DNA of 64,000 nt. Origin: Octopus sinensis (lineage: Eukaryota). The notes below the pieces were generated by a model. It saw only the letters and a list, made by a program, of their open reading frames with translations. It did not search any database and was not told the origin of the DNA. Positions 28,548-41,841 of the stretch are shown here, one piece after another. Made by a program: the position numbers and the translations under genes. The stretch covers positions 18,848,001 to 18,912,000 of the forward strand of contig NC_043020.1 of the NCBI RefSeq assembly GCF_006345805.1, in the 5' to 3' direction. The first letter of the stretch is position 1. Every line of letters begins with the position of its first letter.

Positions 28548-30968
28548 CTAGCAGAATTGCTCGGCGATGCTCGAGGCTGAATTGCTTGAAAGTACTGTTA
28601 ATGATTGCACTGAATTATGATGATGATTATTCAGGCAAATATTGATATAAGTTTACGGTGGGAGATAAGGACTTAACGATCAAACGTGTGCCATTGCATT
28701 GTTTTCGGGGAACCAAATTTCTAATGAGCATTATAGGGGCACCAACTTTAAGTTTGAGAATGTGTGGTGGTAGTCCAGGGGGCTCAAAGGAATTGAGTTC
28801 CTCTATTGGATAGTTGATGAGGTCCTCTGGGTCAGGAGTTATATCGATAGACTGATATACATAGACTTCCCCAGGAATGAGTTTTAGCATTTCATCATTA
28901 ATATGGTGAACAGTTTTATTCCTCGGAGCCAGAATAGCCCTTTGGCCAATCCAATCCATATTCTGATAATTAGCTTGTAGATCTGGGAACACTGCATCTC
29001 TGAGATCAGAAGGCGCTTTAACAATGGTACAAATGGAATCGATGGCAATATTACCATTTTCATCCCCTGGTATTTTGCCTTCGCCAAGTGCAAGGAGGGC
29101 GTGAGAAAATGCTGCTGATGTGATATTACGTCGCATATGAGCACGCATATTGGTGTGAAGTTTGAGAGTCTTCACCAGTGGCCACAATGTGGATGACTTA
29201 AGACACGCACTTACTGCATCAGTTCTAGTCCCTTTGGGAATAACGGGAAGTGTTTGTCGGAAGTCCCCTGAAAGAAGAAGTGTTATGCCTCCCATGGGAG
29301 CTGAAGAGTGTTTGATGTCTCTGAGAGATCTATCTAGTGCCTCAAGAGCACGTCTGTGGGCCATCGTGCATTCATCCCAAACGATAAGCTTGCATCATCT
29401 GAAGACTTCTGCCTGATCGGAGCTGTTACTGATGTTGCAAGTTGGTGTCTCGGTATTCGCTAAGTCTAGCGGAAGCTTGATAGTGGAGTGAGCTGTCCTG
29501 CCGCCTGGCAACAAAGTAGCCGCAATTCCAGATGATGCTACAGCTAGAGCAATGCCTTGTGTTCGCCTAATCTCAGCCAATATTAATTTGTTGAGAAAAG
29601 TTTTCCCAGTGCCCCCAGGAGCGTCCAGGAAAAATATCCCCACAGCTTTGGCCCGGACTGAATTAACAACGGAGTTGTAAGCGAACTTCTGTTCTGGAAG
29701 GAGTTTTGGTTCATTGTCGGCTATGCACTCGGCAAGCTCATCAACATTAAAACATGTCTCACGCAGCAAATGTGAAGACAGAGTGTTTGTGCCTTCCCGG
29801 TTTGTTGAAGGTAGGCCATAGACCGGCAAGGCACTACCGCCCATATCAAGTACAGTATCTTCGAACGTAGTTTGTTACCACACAGCCACACCTGCCCCTA
29901 TGTATGTATGTGTGTGTGTGTGTTGTGTGTGTGTGTGTGTGTGTACGTGTGTGTGTGTACGTATGTGTGTGTATGGGTAGATATATTATGCATGTATATA
30001 TGTGTATATATATATATATGTGTGTAAATATTACATGTACATCTATATATATACATCTACACATAAAATACAAAATAGAAAGTTATATCTCGATATCGCT
30101 AGTGATAACAATACTCAAAATATATAACAGACTGGAATTGTTGGCCCGTCTCTTGCAATTTCGATCAATTGGATCTTGTATAGAAGTGTACGGCTGCAGC
30201 GAAATTCATTTTTGGACTTTCTTCTATCGAAGGCATTTTAACAAAAATGCTTCCGTGAAGACGGTGAAAATATTGTCAATTTCCCCAAACAGGGACACAA
30301 TTCAATTTTAAAACAATAACCAAAGCCCCTTCTCCGAAAGGGAGAGGGTTACGGTTTACAATTATTTAACAAATGCAACACAACAACGTTTCCCTGACGA
30401 GGAACCAACAAACGTGATTACAATAGTCAAACAGTAATAATAAAACAACAAACCTTTTTAATGTATCCCCATTTATGTGAAACCACTTATTCAAGTTCAA
30501 GTCATTGATGCAATTTTATACGAATTGCTAATACACACACACATAATAAGGGTGAAAAATTGAATATTAATTTGATTAATATGAATTGAAAACCAGTGGT
30601 GTAGCATATAAGACCATAGCGGATCTTCTTCTAGCAAAACGGATGACCAGTATTAATTGCTCATCCCTTTTATATAAATACTTTCACTTTAATTGTTGCA
30701 CACTTGCAAAGAGAAAGGAGGAGAAAGTGTAGGGTAATGGTAGGAGTGAAGCACTTGAAATGAAAGAGGGAAATCGTAAAATATTGAGTTTTCTCGAATT
30801 TTTGTTTAATTGGGGGTGAAATTGAAAAAACTTTACATGCCACGACCCGATGGAATCTACTTGTAAAAATGATAGGTAAATTCCAATTGAAGAAATTCTA
30901 TATTGTAGAATTGTATAAAAAACGAACGGTTTGGGAGGCAGAGAAAATCTGCCTTTTATCATAAGAAA
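28548..30968 (-). mobile_element. Deleted Helitron, copy 2 (same family as copy 1)
   Basis: Same 3' hairpin and CTAG|T at 28548; 5' end A|TTTCTTATGATAAAAGG at 30968 (TC decayed to TT); shares the 5' region with copy 1. Confidence 0.9.
28660..29845 (-). pseudogene. Helitron PIF1-type helicase fragment
   Basis: Walker A FLDAPGGTGKTFL, GDFRQTLPV, RAILAPRN, LKLKVGAPIMLIRNL and CNGTRL; one in-frame stop between the two listed ORFs. Confidence 0.9.
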
Positions 30969-31136
30969 TATATTTATATATATACGTGATTGTGTATAGA
31001 AGAATATATTAATAAAAGGAATTCCAACCTTGTCTGATTTTCACGTTTTATTTACAATCTTATAATGATATAATATAAGATAATATAATATAATAAAATA
31101 AAATAAAATAATAGAATGTTAAATGTTCATTCTGAT

Positions 31137-31181
31137 TGAACTAGTATTTTCATGCATTGAATTATGTAATCTTCAGGTTCA
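31137..31181 (-). ncRNA. Minimal type I hammerhead-ribozyme-like motif (decayed)
   Basis: TGAAC CTGAAGA t TACAT aattca ATGCA t GAAA ATAC TA GTTCA: 5-bp stem I, CUGANGA and GAAA cores; two G>A changes would restore stem II and a palindromic AGTACT stem III. Confidence 0.6.
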
Positions 31182-31652
31182 TGTAGTAGTGGTGACAGTT
31201 ATGCTTCACAATTTTTGACTGTAGCGACTGTTAAATCTGTGCCTTAAATATACCTGTGTGGGCTCCAGATTGCTAGGTTTTGCAAACTGTATTCTGACCA
31301 ATCAGTGTGTAACATCACTCAATTACTTAAGCTGATTGGTTAGTTTAGGCGTCACGCTTTGTTGGACATGTCAAGAGTCCTGCATCTTAACCCTGGCCGA
31401 GGCAGCAATTGTTGGGCTATTTTTAGAAATGTTGTAAATAGCCTTTGTCAGGGATTTTTATATTTCAATTGTCATCATCATCATTGTCAGCACCTTAATT
31501 ATTGTTGCTAGTGGTGGTGGTGGTAGCAATAGAACTTTTAACACTAAATAAGATAATTTTCCTGCTATCTTCATCTTGATCACCTTTAGTATTGTTGTTG
31601 TTGTTAGTGGTCATGGTCGTAGCAGTAGAAGTAGTACCTCTAAGTATTATTA

Positions 31653-33377
31653 TTATTGCTTATTTAGCTTAGGTTCGAATTTATCAATAAAATTCCTTTC
31701 TCTGATTTTCCTCTCGATTTCACTTGGGCTGTGTAATTTGTAGAATGGAAATATTATATATATTTTCCGACCACATGTTGCTAGGTGGTTACTCAAAGGT
31801 ATCTGACGAACCTCTGGGTCTCGGTGTACACATGAGCGTTCTGATAGTGCATTTCCCGTCTGACCTACATATATTTCTTCACAATTTGGGCATTTGATGC
31901 AGTAAATTAAATTTTTGCTTTTGCAGTTCATATTCCAGTTTGTGAATATTTTCCCGGTTTTTGCGTTTATATATTGGCCGGTATGTATAAATTGGCATGT
32001 GCCACATCGGCTATCATTGCATTTAGATACAGTGAATGTTTGGTCTTTGTTACTAAGGTCAAATTTTGCCTTTGTTAGTAATTTCTTCAAGTTTTTAGGC
32101 TGTCTTTTACTAAGAACCATAGCTTGATCCGTCATTATATCTTTTAATTCATTACTTTGAGCAATGATTGGTAGGTTTGGTTTGGCAATGTTGAAGATAT
32201 TCTGGTGACATGGGTTGTGTGTCACTATGAATGGTATGATTTGTTCTTGCTTTCCTCTTCCTTGGGTTGCCCTAAGTTGTTGTAGGGGTATTTTTATAGC
32301 CCGCTGTATGCCATTTTCTATAAGTAGAGATGGGTATTTTTGTTTGAGCAAAAATTCTCTTAGTTCTGTTAGGCGTTTGTTCCTGATATTTGCATCTTCT
32401 ACAATGGTACAAATTCTTCTGGCTAGGCAGTATGGGATGTTGCGTTTTGTATGTGGTGGATGGCACGACTTAAAATTCAGGTATTGATGTGTGTCTGTGT
32501 GTTTATAGTATATATCTGTGGTGATGGTGGTGTCCTTTTTAATTACCATTATATCTAGGAATGGTAATTTGGTACTACTCATCTCCTTTGTAAATTGGAG
32601 AGATGGGTGTAGGTTGTTCAGGAGGATATTGAACTCTTCCAGAGTACTTAGAGATTCTGTCCAGATTATGATGCAGTCGTCAAGGTATCTCTTCCATGCC
32701 TTTTCAATATACTTTCTAAATTCAGTGCCATAGTTTACCTCCACCTCTTGGTAGAGTTGTTGTTCTAGGTATCCCATTACAGAGTTGGCGTAAACGGGAG
32801 CAAACCTCGTTCCCATCGCCGTGCCTCTAATTTGGATGTAGTTCTTTCCATTGAAGAAGAATGTGTTGTTTTCTAGAATACGTTTGACTGTGTCTAATAT
32901 AAATGGCACTGTGAATCTGCTGGGAATCACTTCTCTATGTTTTTCTAACCAGTATTTAATCGCCTTTATTCCTAAATCGCGTGGAATATTGGTGTAGAGG
33001 CTTACCACATCAAAACTTAGTAAAACTGAATTTGTTTCTGTTGTTTTGGGAAGATGGGACAGGAAGTCGATGTCATCCCTGATGAAACTGGGTATGTAAG
33101 TACATAGTGGTTTCAAAACAATGTCAATAAAATTGCTTAGACGGTGGGTAGGACATGCTGGACCAGCTATAATAGGTCTAAGTTTTAGGTCTTTTGGATG
33201 TAGTAATTTTATGTACTCACTTTCTTGTTCTTTTACTGCACGTTGAATATCTTTTGATTTATGTATTTTCGGTAAGCCGTAGAAGTTGCTGGGTTTTGGT
33301 TCGAAATTGGTGATGTAGTCTCTTTCATTATCGGTAAGTGAGTTGTAGTGTTTTGAAATCAAGTTGATCTTTTTCAT
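31653..33377 (-). CDS. Penelope-like reverse transcriptase / GIY-YIG endonuclease, 574 aa (N-terminally incomplete)
   Basis: FYGLPKIHK, LRPII, FDVVSLYTNIP, GTAMGTRFAP, WKRYLDD; Cys linker CNDSRCGTC; GIY-YIG-type LIYCIKCPNCEEIYVGQT. Confidence 0.92.
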   Translation of the reverse strand: MKKINLISKHYNSLTDNERDYITNFEPKPSNFYGLPKIHKSKDIQRAVKEQESEYIKLLHPKDLKLRPIIAGPACPTHRLSNFIDIVLKPLCTYIPSFIRDDIDFLSHLPKTTETNSVLLSFDVVSLYTNIPRDLGIKAIKYWLEKHREVIPSRFTVPFILDTVKRILENNTFFFNGKNYIQIRGTAMGTRFAPVYANSVMGYLEQQLYQEVEVNYGTEFRKYIEKAWKRYLDDCIIIWTESLSTLEEFNILLNNLHPSLQFTKEMSSTKLPFLDIMVIKKDTTITTDIYYKHTDTHQYLNFKSCHPPHTKRNIPYCLARRICTIVEDANIRNKRLTELREFLLKQKYPSLLIENGIQRAIKIPLQQLRATQGRGKQEQIIPFIVTHNPCHQNIFNIAKPNLPIIAQSNELKDIMTDQAMVLSKRQPKNLKKLLTKAKFDLSNKDQTFTVSKCNDSRCGTCQFIHTGQYINAKTGKIFTNWNMNCKSKNLIYCIKCPNCEEIYVGQTGNALSERSCVHRDPEVRQIPLSNHLATCGRKIYIIFPFYKLHSPSEIERKIRERNFIDKFEPKLNKQ

Positions 33378-33817
33378 GATGTGGTGGTCTATATTTGAGG
33401 GTATTCACAGTAGAAGGTTGTGTCCTTCAGTTGGTCCTCAACCAAAGGCGGATGAAAGTGGCGAGAATGGTACGAGTGAACTGGACTGCCCTAAGTACAC
33501 GCCTGTAGTTGGAAAAAAGGAAAAGACAAAAGGCACCTGCACCAAAAGTCAGGATATCCATGGCTTTTTATGGGGTTTTTCAATGAGCAGGCCCCGAACA
33601 TCTCCTCCCTGTTGAGGATAACACATTATTGATTTCTTACCCCTTTTTAAAAAAAATTTCTTAGTTTTGTTTACACGCAAAACCCTCACAACATACACTC
33701 ACACACATACACACAAACATTCTTTGTTTTGTTCTGGACTGTACATAATGTTTTTCTTAATGTAAACCCAAGTGGTTAATAAAGAAATCATTATTACTGT
33801 TGTTGTTGTTGTTGTTA

Positions 33818-34542
33818 TTCAGTAATCTTATTTTTATCTCGTGCTTTCACTACACTACTGTGTGCAGTGCCCAATAGTGCTGTTTTCTGTATGTTATATA
33901 TATTTGTTAGTCCTGGTGTTTTTTATTATGTATTTGTCTGAATATTTCTTATCATACCTAATGCGCCTACTATGATAGAAAATGTTTCTGTTTTTTGACT
34001 CTTCAGTCGAGTTACCTCTATTTCCAGGTCTTTGTGTTTTGAAAGTTTCTCCATTTCTTTTAGAGAAACGTTGTTATCTGTTGGTATTGATAGATCAATT
34101 AGAAAGCATTTTTTTTCTCTTGATGATCTCTGACAACTGTATCCGGCCTATTGGCCTTAATTTCTCTATCTGTGTGTATTGGTATATCCCAGAATATGGT
34201 TGCTTTCTCATTTTCTGCGACCTTTTTTGGCGTATGCCCATACCATCTATTTTTCTGTTGTTATTCCATAGTGTTGGCATAGCTTCCTGTGTATATAGGT
34301 CCCAACTCTGTCGTATCTGAATATATTCCTTCTTAGGCAGCACTGGGAAGCCTGAGACAATATGGTTTATTGTTTCTTGTCCATCTCCATATATTCTGCA
34401 GTTACTTTTTATGTTTCTTTTCATTATATATTTTTGATAATTTCTGCTGGAGAAGCTTTGGTCTTGTTGTTGCAATTTAAAATCCTTCAGTCTCTGCCTT
34501 CAGTCCTGAGCTTCTCAGCCATTGTTGGAATTTTGCTTTATA
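33818..34542 (-). mobile_element. R4/Dong-like LINE 3' fragment (knuckle plus REL)
   Basis: CRIYGDGQETINHIVSG, ILWDIPIHTD..KANRPD, LIDLSIP and QKTALLGTA; 5' end abuts (TTC)n. Confidence 0.85.
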
Positions 34543-34712
34543 TTCTTCTTCTTCTTCTTCTTCTTCTTCTTCTTCTTCTTCTTCTTCTTCTTCTTCTTCT
34601 TCTTCTTCTTCTTCTTCTTCTTCTTCTTCTTCTTCTTCTTCTCTTCTTCTTCTTCTTCTTCTTCTTCTTCTTCTTCTTCTTCTTCTTCTCCTCTTCTTCT
34701 TCTTCTTCTTCT

Positions 34713-35199
34713 AAGAAAACACACAGCTCGTTTTGCTGGGTATGATGGAAAGTGTCACCTGACCACAGCAAGCAGACTAAGCTGACACTTGTTTACTGGT
34801 CATGCTTCAAGAACCCTGCGAAGAATTCTTGCAGTTCCAAGCAATGCTGGGTTTTCTATGTGTTCTACCTTCACACCTGCACCAATCTTTTTCAGCCATG
34901 TTGGTAGTTGAATCCAAACGCACCAATTACTATTTGTATCACGTCTACTCTCCTCATTGACCACAGCCTTCGTATTTCTCACTTCAGATCGTCACAGTTG
35001 TTTATTTATGTTCTTTCTTTTTTATTCACCCCAATAATGTCGGTTTTCGATGTCTGGTCGGGTGATCGCACAGGATTTTGCAATTCTCATTTTTGGTAAC
35101 TCCTCGAGTTAACTCATACAACGTCTTTGCTCTTTGTAGGCCGTAATTTCCACAGAGCTTCCAATGGACCATTCTTGCCGAATTGTCATGGCGTCTCGT
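34713..35199 (-). mobile_element. R4/Dong-like LINE 3' fragment
   Basis: RRHDNSARMVHWKLCG at the 5' junction and ALLGTARILRRVLEA* terminus; flanked by (ATT)n and (TTC)n. Confidence 0.8.
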
Positions 35200-35209
35200 T
35201 ATTATTATC

Positions 35210-35248
<39 letters not shown>

Positions 35249-35307
35249 TATTATTATTATTACTATTATTATTATTATTATTATTGTTGTTGTCGTTGTT
35301 GTTGTTG

Positions 35308-35355
<48 letters not shown>

Positions 35356-35699
35356 TTTAAAAACGAGTGACGTAACTCTTCACAAAGGTAAACAGTCAAG
35401 ACGAAGAGCGCGACTAAATTGTGAGATATTTTATTAGTTGAACGATATTTCAACTGCACGTCTGTCTTTGTCCAAGTTCAAAATAAGAAGTGATAAAAAT
35501 TCAAAATTACAGAAATTTAAACGTAAAGTATGAACGAGAGCAACCAGCGTCCACACGTTGATGGAATGACATCATCAGTTTTTAAGTTACAATTTTATAC
35601 GAAAACGATTACGTTTTCTCACTGATAGAAATATCGATTTCTCAATTTCTGAATCATATTTGAGTGGTACGATATCCATTGGCCCATCTCTCTCAGAGT

Positions 35700-36242
35700 T
35701 CTTAATTACTGGTTGTTCTTTACTTGAAAGGAGGCAAAAGATTTCACCAAAGATTTCAAGTAGTGCCTTCTCTTGTAACTCAAAGAGACAATACTCTCCT
35801 TAGAATGCGAGTTGTATTCAACAATGCTGTCTTCTGGATCACTTCGACTCTGACAGCAGCTCCAACATTCTTAATATGCTTTTCAAATCTCTTGGAAACT
35901 GCTTCCAATTCTCCAATTACCACCGGTATCACCATTACTTTCTTCATGCCCCATAACTTTCCTATCGCGTCCTGCAGTGGCTGGTATTTCTCACCCTTTT
36001 CGGTTTCCTTACATTTCACCCTCGAATCGCCTGGTATTGCAACATCTATTATCTTTGCTTCTTTTTCGTTTTTATGGTTGAGCACGATTCGCCTCTATGA
36101 CTTGGTCGCACTGTCTGTTAAAATTCCAGAGTATTTTGTAATGTTTATTTGCCATTACTCCCTCTGGTTTGTGTTCATACCATTGTTCATCTCTCTCGAG
36201 GTTCGCACAACAACCAGTGGACATATCTGGCCACATTGTCGT
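35700..36242 (-). mobile_element. R4/Dong-like LINE 3' fragment (REL)
   Basis: DNVARYVHWLLCE at the 5' junction, IIDVAIPGD..KETEK.EKY and QKTALLNTTRILRRVLSL*; 5' end abuts (TTC)n. Confidence 0.85.
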
Positions 36243-36250
36243 TTCTTCTT

Positions 36251-36490
<240 letters not shown>

Positions 36491-36495
<5 letters not shown>

Positions 36496-36830
36496 GGGGT
36501 CCAGTTAGAATTTTCTTCAGGTCGAGTAGCCCATCCCACTCAGATAGTCCTTGAATAAGGTTTGTTTAAGGATGATGAACGAAACACCCATGTTTCCAGA
36601 GGTGAATTATTCAAACCCCAAAGAATCCTTCTCAACACATGGCTATGATGCTCCCCCACTACTTCTGCTCGTGATCAGAGATGCACATATCGTCAGCCAC
36701 TAAGGGACATGCTCAACTGGTTAAGGTCAAACAAATGACAAGCAAATCTGTGGTTTTGAGCAGAATATTTGCTGTAGCCAATCTTTTATACCAAGACAAA
36801 ACAATGTACATGATAACACTTCCAATCAGT
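36491..36830 (-). mobile_element. Partial copy 3 of the ~550-bp element, fused to an R4/Dong 3' end
   Basis: Matches ~820-1160 of copy 1; switches to REL coding sequence at CCCACCTG. Confidence 0.75.
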
Positions 36831-36983
36831 AGTTGTTTCTGCTCCATGAGATTTAATGTTTCGCAAGCTTTATGTACAAATACCTACACAGAATCACACA
36901 CACACACACATACACACGCGCGCGTTCGCGTATGTATGTATATGAACATATGCATGTGTGTATGTGTGTGTGTGTGTGTGTGC

Positions 36984-37028
<45 letters not shown>

Positions 37029-37479
37029 TGTGTGTTTGCCTATATCCACTCACATCCTATATCCAATAGCACCACTACCACATTGGGCAACGTGCTAATG
37101 ATATCCTTGAACACGAAAACACTAGATGATCACGACTGGAATATATTTTTATCAAAGGTCAAGACTGACCAGCAGTTCAATTACAGCAGAAAAAACGACA
37201 TGAGCCGACTTCATCACTTCATTGCTAGAAATAGCGGCTGAATCAATCTCAAATCTCACTCTACCGCCTGAAGGAAAGGTACATTGGATAACGTAGCCCA
37301 GGTTACACTATGACTCGAAAGAAAGACAGCATGGTGTCCACCGGTGAGAGGGTTGCCGCTTGACCGAAGCTGGCCTGGGGTCCAACATCACCACCACCGC
37401 CAACAAAAGCAACTATTAATAAAGCAATTATTAATACTACTACGGCTAACAATATTACTACTACGGCTAACAATATTAA

Positions 37480-37696
37480 ATTGGTTTCAAATTTTGGCAC
37501 AAGACCAGCAATTTAGGTGGAGGGTTTTAAGTTGATTACATCGACCCCAGTGCTCAACTGGTGCTTATTTTAGTGACTCCAAAAGGATGAAAAGCAAAGT
37601 TGACCGCAGTGGAATTTGAACTCAAAACGCAAAGACGAAAGAAATGCCGCTAAGTAATTTGCCCGGCATTCAACCAATTCTTCCAGTTCACTGCCT

Positions 37697-37746
<50 letters not shown>

Positions 37747-37757
37747 TAATAATAATA

Positions 37758-37789
<32 letters not shown>

Positions 37790-37813
37790 GACGACGATGA
37801 TGATGATGATGAC

Positions 37814-37867
<54 letters not shown>

Positions 37868-38260
37868 AGTTTCAAATTTTGCTACAAGGGTAGCAATTTT
37901 GGTGGGAGGAGATGAATCGATTTCATCGGTGCCAGCGTTCAACTGATATTTATTTTATCGACCCCGAAAGGCTGAAAGGTAAAGTCGACCTCAGCGGAAT
38001 TTGAACTCAGAACGTAGAGACGGGCAAAATACCGCTAAGCATTTTGCCCGACGTGCTAACGATTCTACCAACTGGTTTCACATTTTAGTACAATGCCAGC
38101 CAATCTGGAGAGGGGGTAATGCGATTACATCGACTCAACTGGTACCAAGTTTATCGACTCCGGAAGTTTAGCTCAGCAGAGTTTGAACTTAGAATGTAAA
38201 GACGGATGCAAATGTCGTCGTGCACTTCGTCCGGCGCGCTAACGATTCTGCCGGCTCGCT
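37480..38260 (-). mobile_element. Tandem cluster of three SINE family B copies
   Basis: Three units each with AAAGTCGACC/AAAGTTGACC..GGAATTTGAACTCAG-like sequence; the first two are separated by (AAT)n(GAT)n. Confidence 0.8.
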
Positions 38261-38699
38261 CAGCGAACCAACACTGTAGCCACGCTCGTTGTCCACCCCT
38301 CATCGCCATCACAAATATTCCAAGAAATCCCCCACCGCCACCATCACCATCACCATCACCCTCCCCCTTGTACGACTCACCACCTGTCATTAGCGGCAGG
38401 CTTACCACACTACCACCCACACTATGATGTTGCTACCGTACTACCACCCGCACAATCAACAGATCATCTTCACCCACCCCACTACTATCACCATCACCAT
38501 CACTCAGCCCCAACCCCACGCACTAACACCTACAACACAAAACACAACCATCACCCATAAAACCACCTACCACTACCACCAACGCAATACACTAAATATA
38601 CTACTACTGATACTACTGCCTCAACGCTACCACCATCACTAGTGTCCACCATCTACACGACCAACACTTCAACCACTACCACCACCATCACCAACACCG

Positions 38700-38761
<62 letters not shown>

Positions 38762-38853
38762 GAAATTACAAACATAGTCACAACCACCACTACCATAATC
38801 GGATCTTTATATAAACCACTAGCACAACAACCACCACCATCACCTCAACCATA

Positions 38854-38885
<32 letters not shown>

Positions 38886-39412
38886 CATTTCTACAACAAC
38901 TAACTACTACTACTACTACAACCACGACCACCACCACCTATACAACTACAATTACAAACACTGCTATTACTACTACTATTACTACTTCTGCAACCACTTC
39001 TACGACCACTATATCAACTACCACCACTACTACTACCACTAGAGCTACCGCCACCACTAATACTACTACTATTACTACTACAACTACTACTACCACCCTT
39101 ACTATGCTTACCTCTTCCTACACCTCCTACCAACAGTATGAGAAACAAACAAGTTTCAATGGAGGATCAATAAAGATCAAGGTCACACAATGTTGTTTAT
39201 GGTTTTACTCCCTTACTCTCTTACTTACCCCTCTCTCTATGCATCTTCCTTCCTCTTCATCTCCTTCTTCATTCCTCTCTCTCTCTCTCCGTCTCTCGCT
39301 CTCTCTCTCTCTCTCTCTCTGTCTTGCTCTCTGCCTACCACTCATTATACTCCTCTCACTCTATCACTATTCCTCCCTTCTGTTTCGTCCCTCAATACGT
39401 CGACTCTTCCTC

Positions 39413-39512
39413 NNNNNNNNNNNNNNNNNNNNNNNNNNNNNNNNNNNNNNNNNNNNNNNNNNNNNNNNNNNNNNNNNNNNNNNNNNNNNNNNNNNNNNNN
39501 NNNNNNNNNNNN
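39413..39512. other. Assembly gap (100 N)
   Basis: Run of N; contiguity across it is not established. Confidence 1.
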
Positions 39513-39957
39513 AAAATAAACAGAATAAAGCAAAATGAAGGGAATTTAAAGAGAATAGTTGGTGCCAGTGGTATTCTTCTTGTCAATAGGGTTTGGGGAA
39601 GAAATCTAGTAATAAATGCTTGTGTCCGTTCTAAGGTCAGTAGCCGTAGAATTATTTTTAGCAATGGGGTTATGGGTGTGTAGGTAGTCGTGAATGGAGA
39701 AACTAGTTGAATGTTAAATTATTTAGAAGTAGGAGTTAGAATTAAATATTTGGGAAATAAATTAGATTAAGGTTTAAAAATAAATTAGAAAATTAATACT
39801 TATCTTATAAATTGATGAGGTAAGGTTGATAGAAGAGACATAGAGGGGCATGTGTTAACGATCATGGAGGCTTGTATGTGGGGTTCGTGGAGGGGGTGAA
39901 TTTACATTTAGATTTATGGAAGAATTTAAAAGTGCGGAAGATTTTGTGTTAACAAGA

Positions 39958-39995
39958 CTGTCCGACGAACGGGAACGTGAAACTCAAGGTAACAG
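39958..39995 (+). ncRNA. Type I hammerhead-ribozyme-like motif with CCGACGA core
   Basis: CTGT CCGACGA ACG ggaa CGT GAAA CTCAAG GTA ACAG: stem I CTGT/ACAG (imperfectly extendable), stem II ACG/CGT, GAAA, GUA cleavage triplet. Confidence 0.55.
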
Positions 39996-40100
39996 CTTTT
40001 GTTATATTTCTGCTGCTTTTAAGTAAAGCATATTACTCTACCTCTGGTATTTGAGTACTCTTTTTTTCCACCTGTTTTCACATTTATGTGCTTACTCCGG

Positions 40101-40188
<88 letters not shown>

Positions 40189-41799
40189 CATATACATATA
40201 TATATATAATGTACATATATATATACATATATATACATATATATATATGTACATATATATATATATACATATATATATATAAATATACATACATATTTAT
40301 ACATACATATATATATACATAAATATATATACATACATATATATATATAGCAGCCAAAGTATCCTCCTACCTAAATCATATGCCCATACTACATAATGTC
40401 CTAGTTTATCCCTAAAAAGACAGTTTACTGAAGGCTGGAATGTCTTTGATGATAGGTTTGCTGTATCAGGGTTAATTTGAGGCTAAATAGCAACAAAATT
40501 ATTACAAATACAGACCAGCGACAGAGCCTGTATGTGGTTGCACGACCTGCTAGAAAAAGTAGCCTAACTCTTTTATATACGGATTAGAAATACCTCTATC
40601 CTATGATTTACACGTAGTGTCCATTATGTCAGGGAAGAAAGAGGGAATGGTCACAGTTGGGACGTCTTTGATCGTATCTGTTCAATCAGATCTAACTCGG
40701 GACCAAACAAGAGTTAACGAAAGAAACGAGACGAGACAACGAGAGAGACTTTACCTGGTCGCTCGAGTTGGTAGAAAGAGCAACCAAATCTTCCTGACAA
40801 AAAGGAAAATGAAATTTCTGTCTTCAAGAAAAAAAATAAAGCAAGTTTATATTATCTTATAATGTTCGCTTAGGAATTCATTACTTCTAGAGAAGAATAA
40901 GACAAAAGGGTCATGGCCGGAACGCCTTTTCTCACAGATCCATTACAATCAGAGCTATTCTGTGGTTAAAACAATATTCTTCACTGAATGATGAAGCAGC
41001 TAAAGTTAAAGAAAAGTTGAAAGAATAAAAGATATCAAGTATCCATATTCCAAATATTGGGATTCCTTTGACTAGCGTAATTCATTCAGATTTTCGTACG
41101 AAATAAATAGAAAATATTATGGGAACTCGGTACATATAATGGCTAATTCCAGTGTTGTGTGAGAGTAGTTTCACGTATCTTGTCAATCTCATCATAGGTT
41201 TTTTAATTAATTTTTTTTCAACTAAACAGTGTGAGACTTCGGATACTGGTTGAATATGTCAGAGCTTTTTTTCTGTTCTCTATATACAAAAGTTTGGCTA
41301 CTTTGTCTAACAGGTTATGCAACCACATACAGGCTCCGTCGTTGGCCTGTCTTAGTAATAATTTTGTAAAAATAATCAGCCAGAAGTTGTTTGCAAACAG
41401 CCAGAGTAACTTTCTTCAGCTGAATACACGTCATTGATGGGTTAAAATTACCCAAATACGACACCGTTAACACGAAATAACTTCTAAAAGACAAAATTTT
41501 GTCAAAAACGCTAAGAGTAAACCGTGTTCTACGTGATACATTCAACCAGTATCCGAAATTTCAAACTGTTTAGTTAAAAAATAAATAGAAAAATCTGTGC
41601 TTGCGATTGAACAAATCCAAAAATGGAACAAGAACGCAACAGACAACAATAAAACATCTGGATAGATAGACGATACGAAAACGGACAGGAAACCAACAAA
41701 AAGACAGACAGGACAAAACAAGGCCGAGCAATTCGTGGCCTTTTCTTCTCAGTTAAATTTCCAGATTATCCTTACAGTTTCGGCCGAAGAAATACAAAT

Positions 41800-41841
<42 letters not shown>

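Larger units (their letters stand above)
30985..33443 (-). mobile_element. 5'-truncated Penelope-like element (probably Neptune-type) with 3' pLTR-like region
   Basis: RT plus GIY-YIG ORF; a frameshifted QLKDTTFY segment continues upstream; hammerhead-like motif in the 3' non-coding region. Confidence 0.85.

Noticed and set aside
39345-39683. ORFs spanning X residues
   Set aside because: Artefacts of translating through the 100-N gap.
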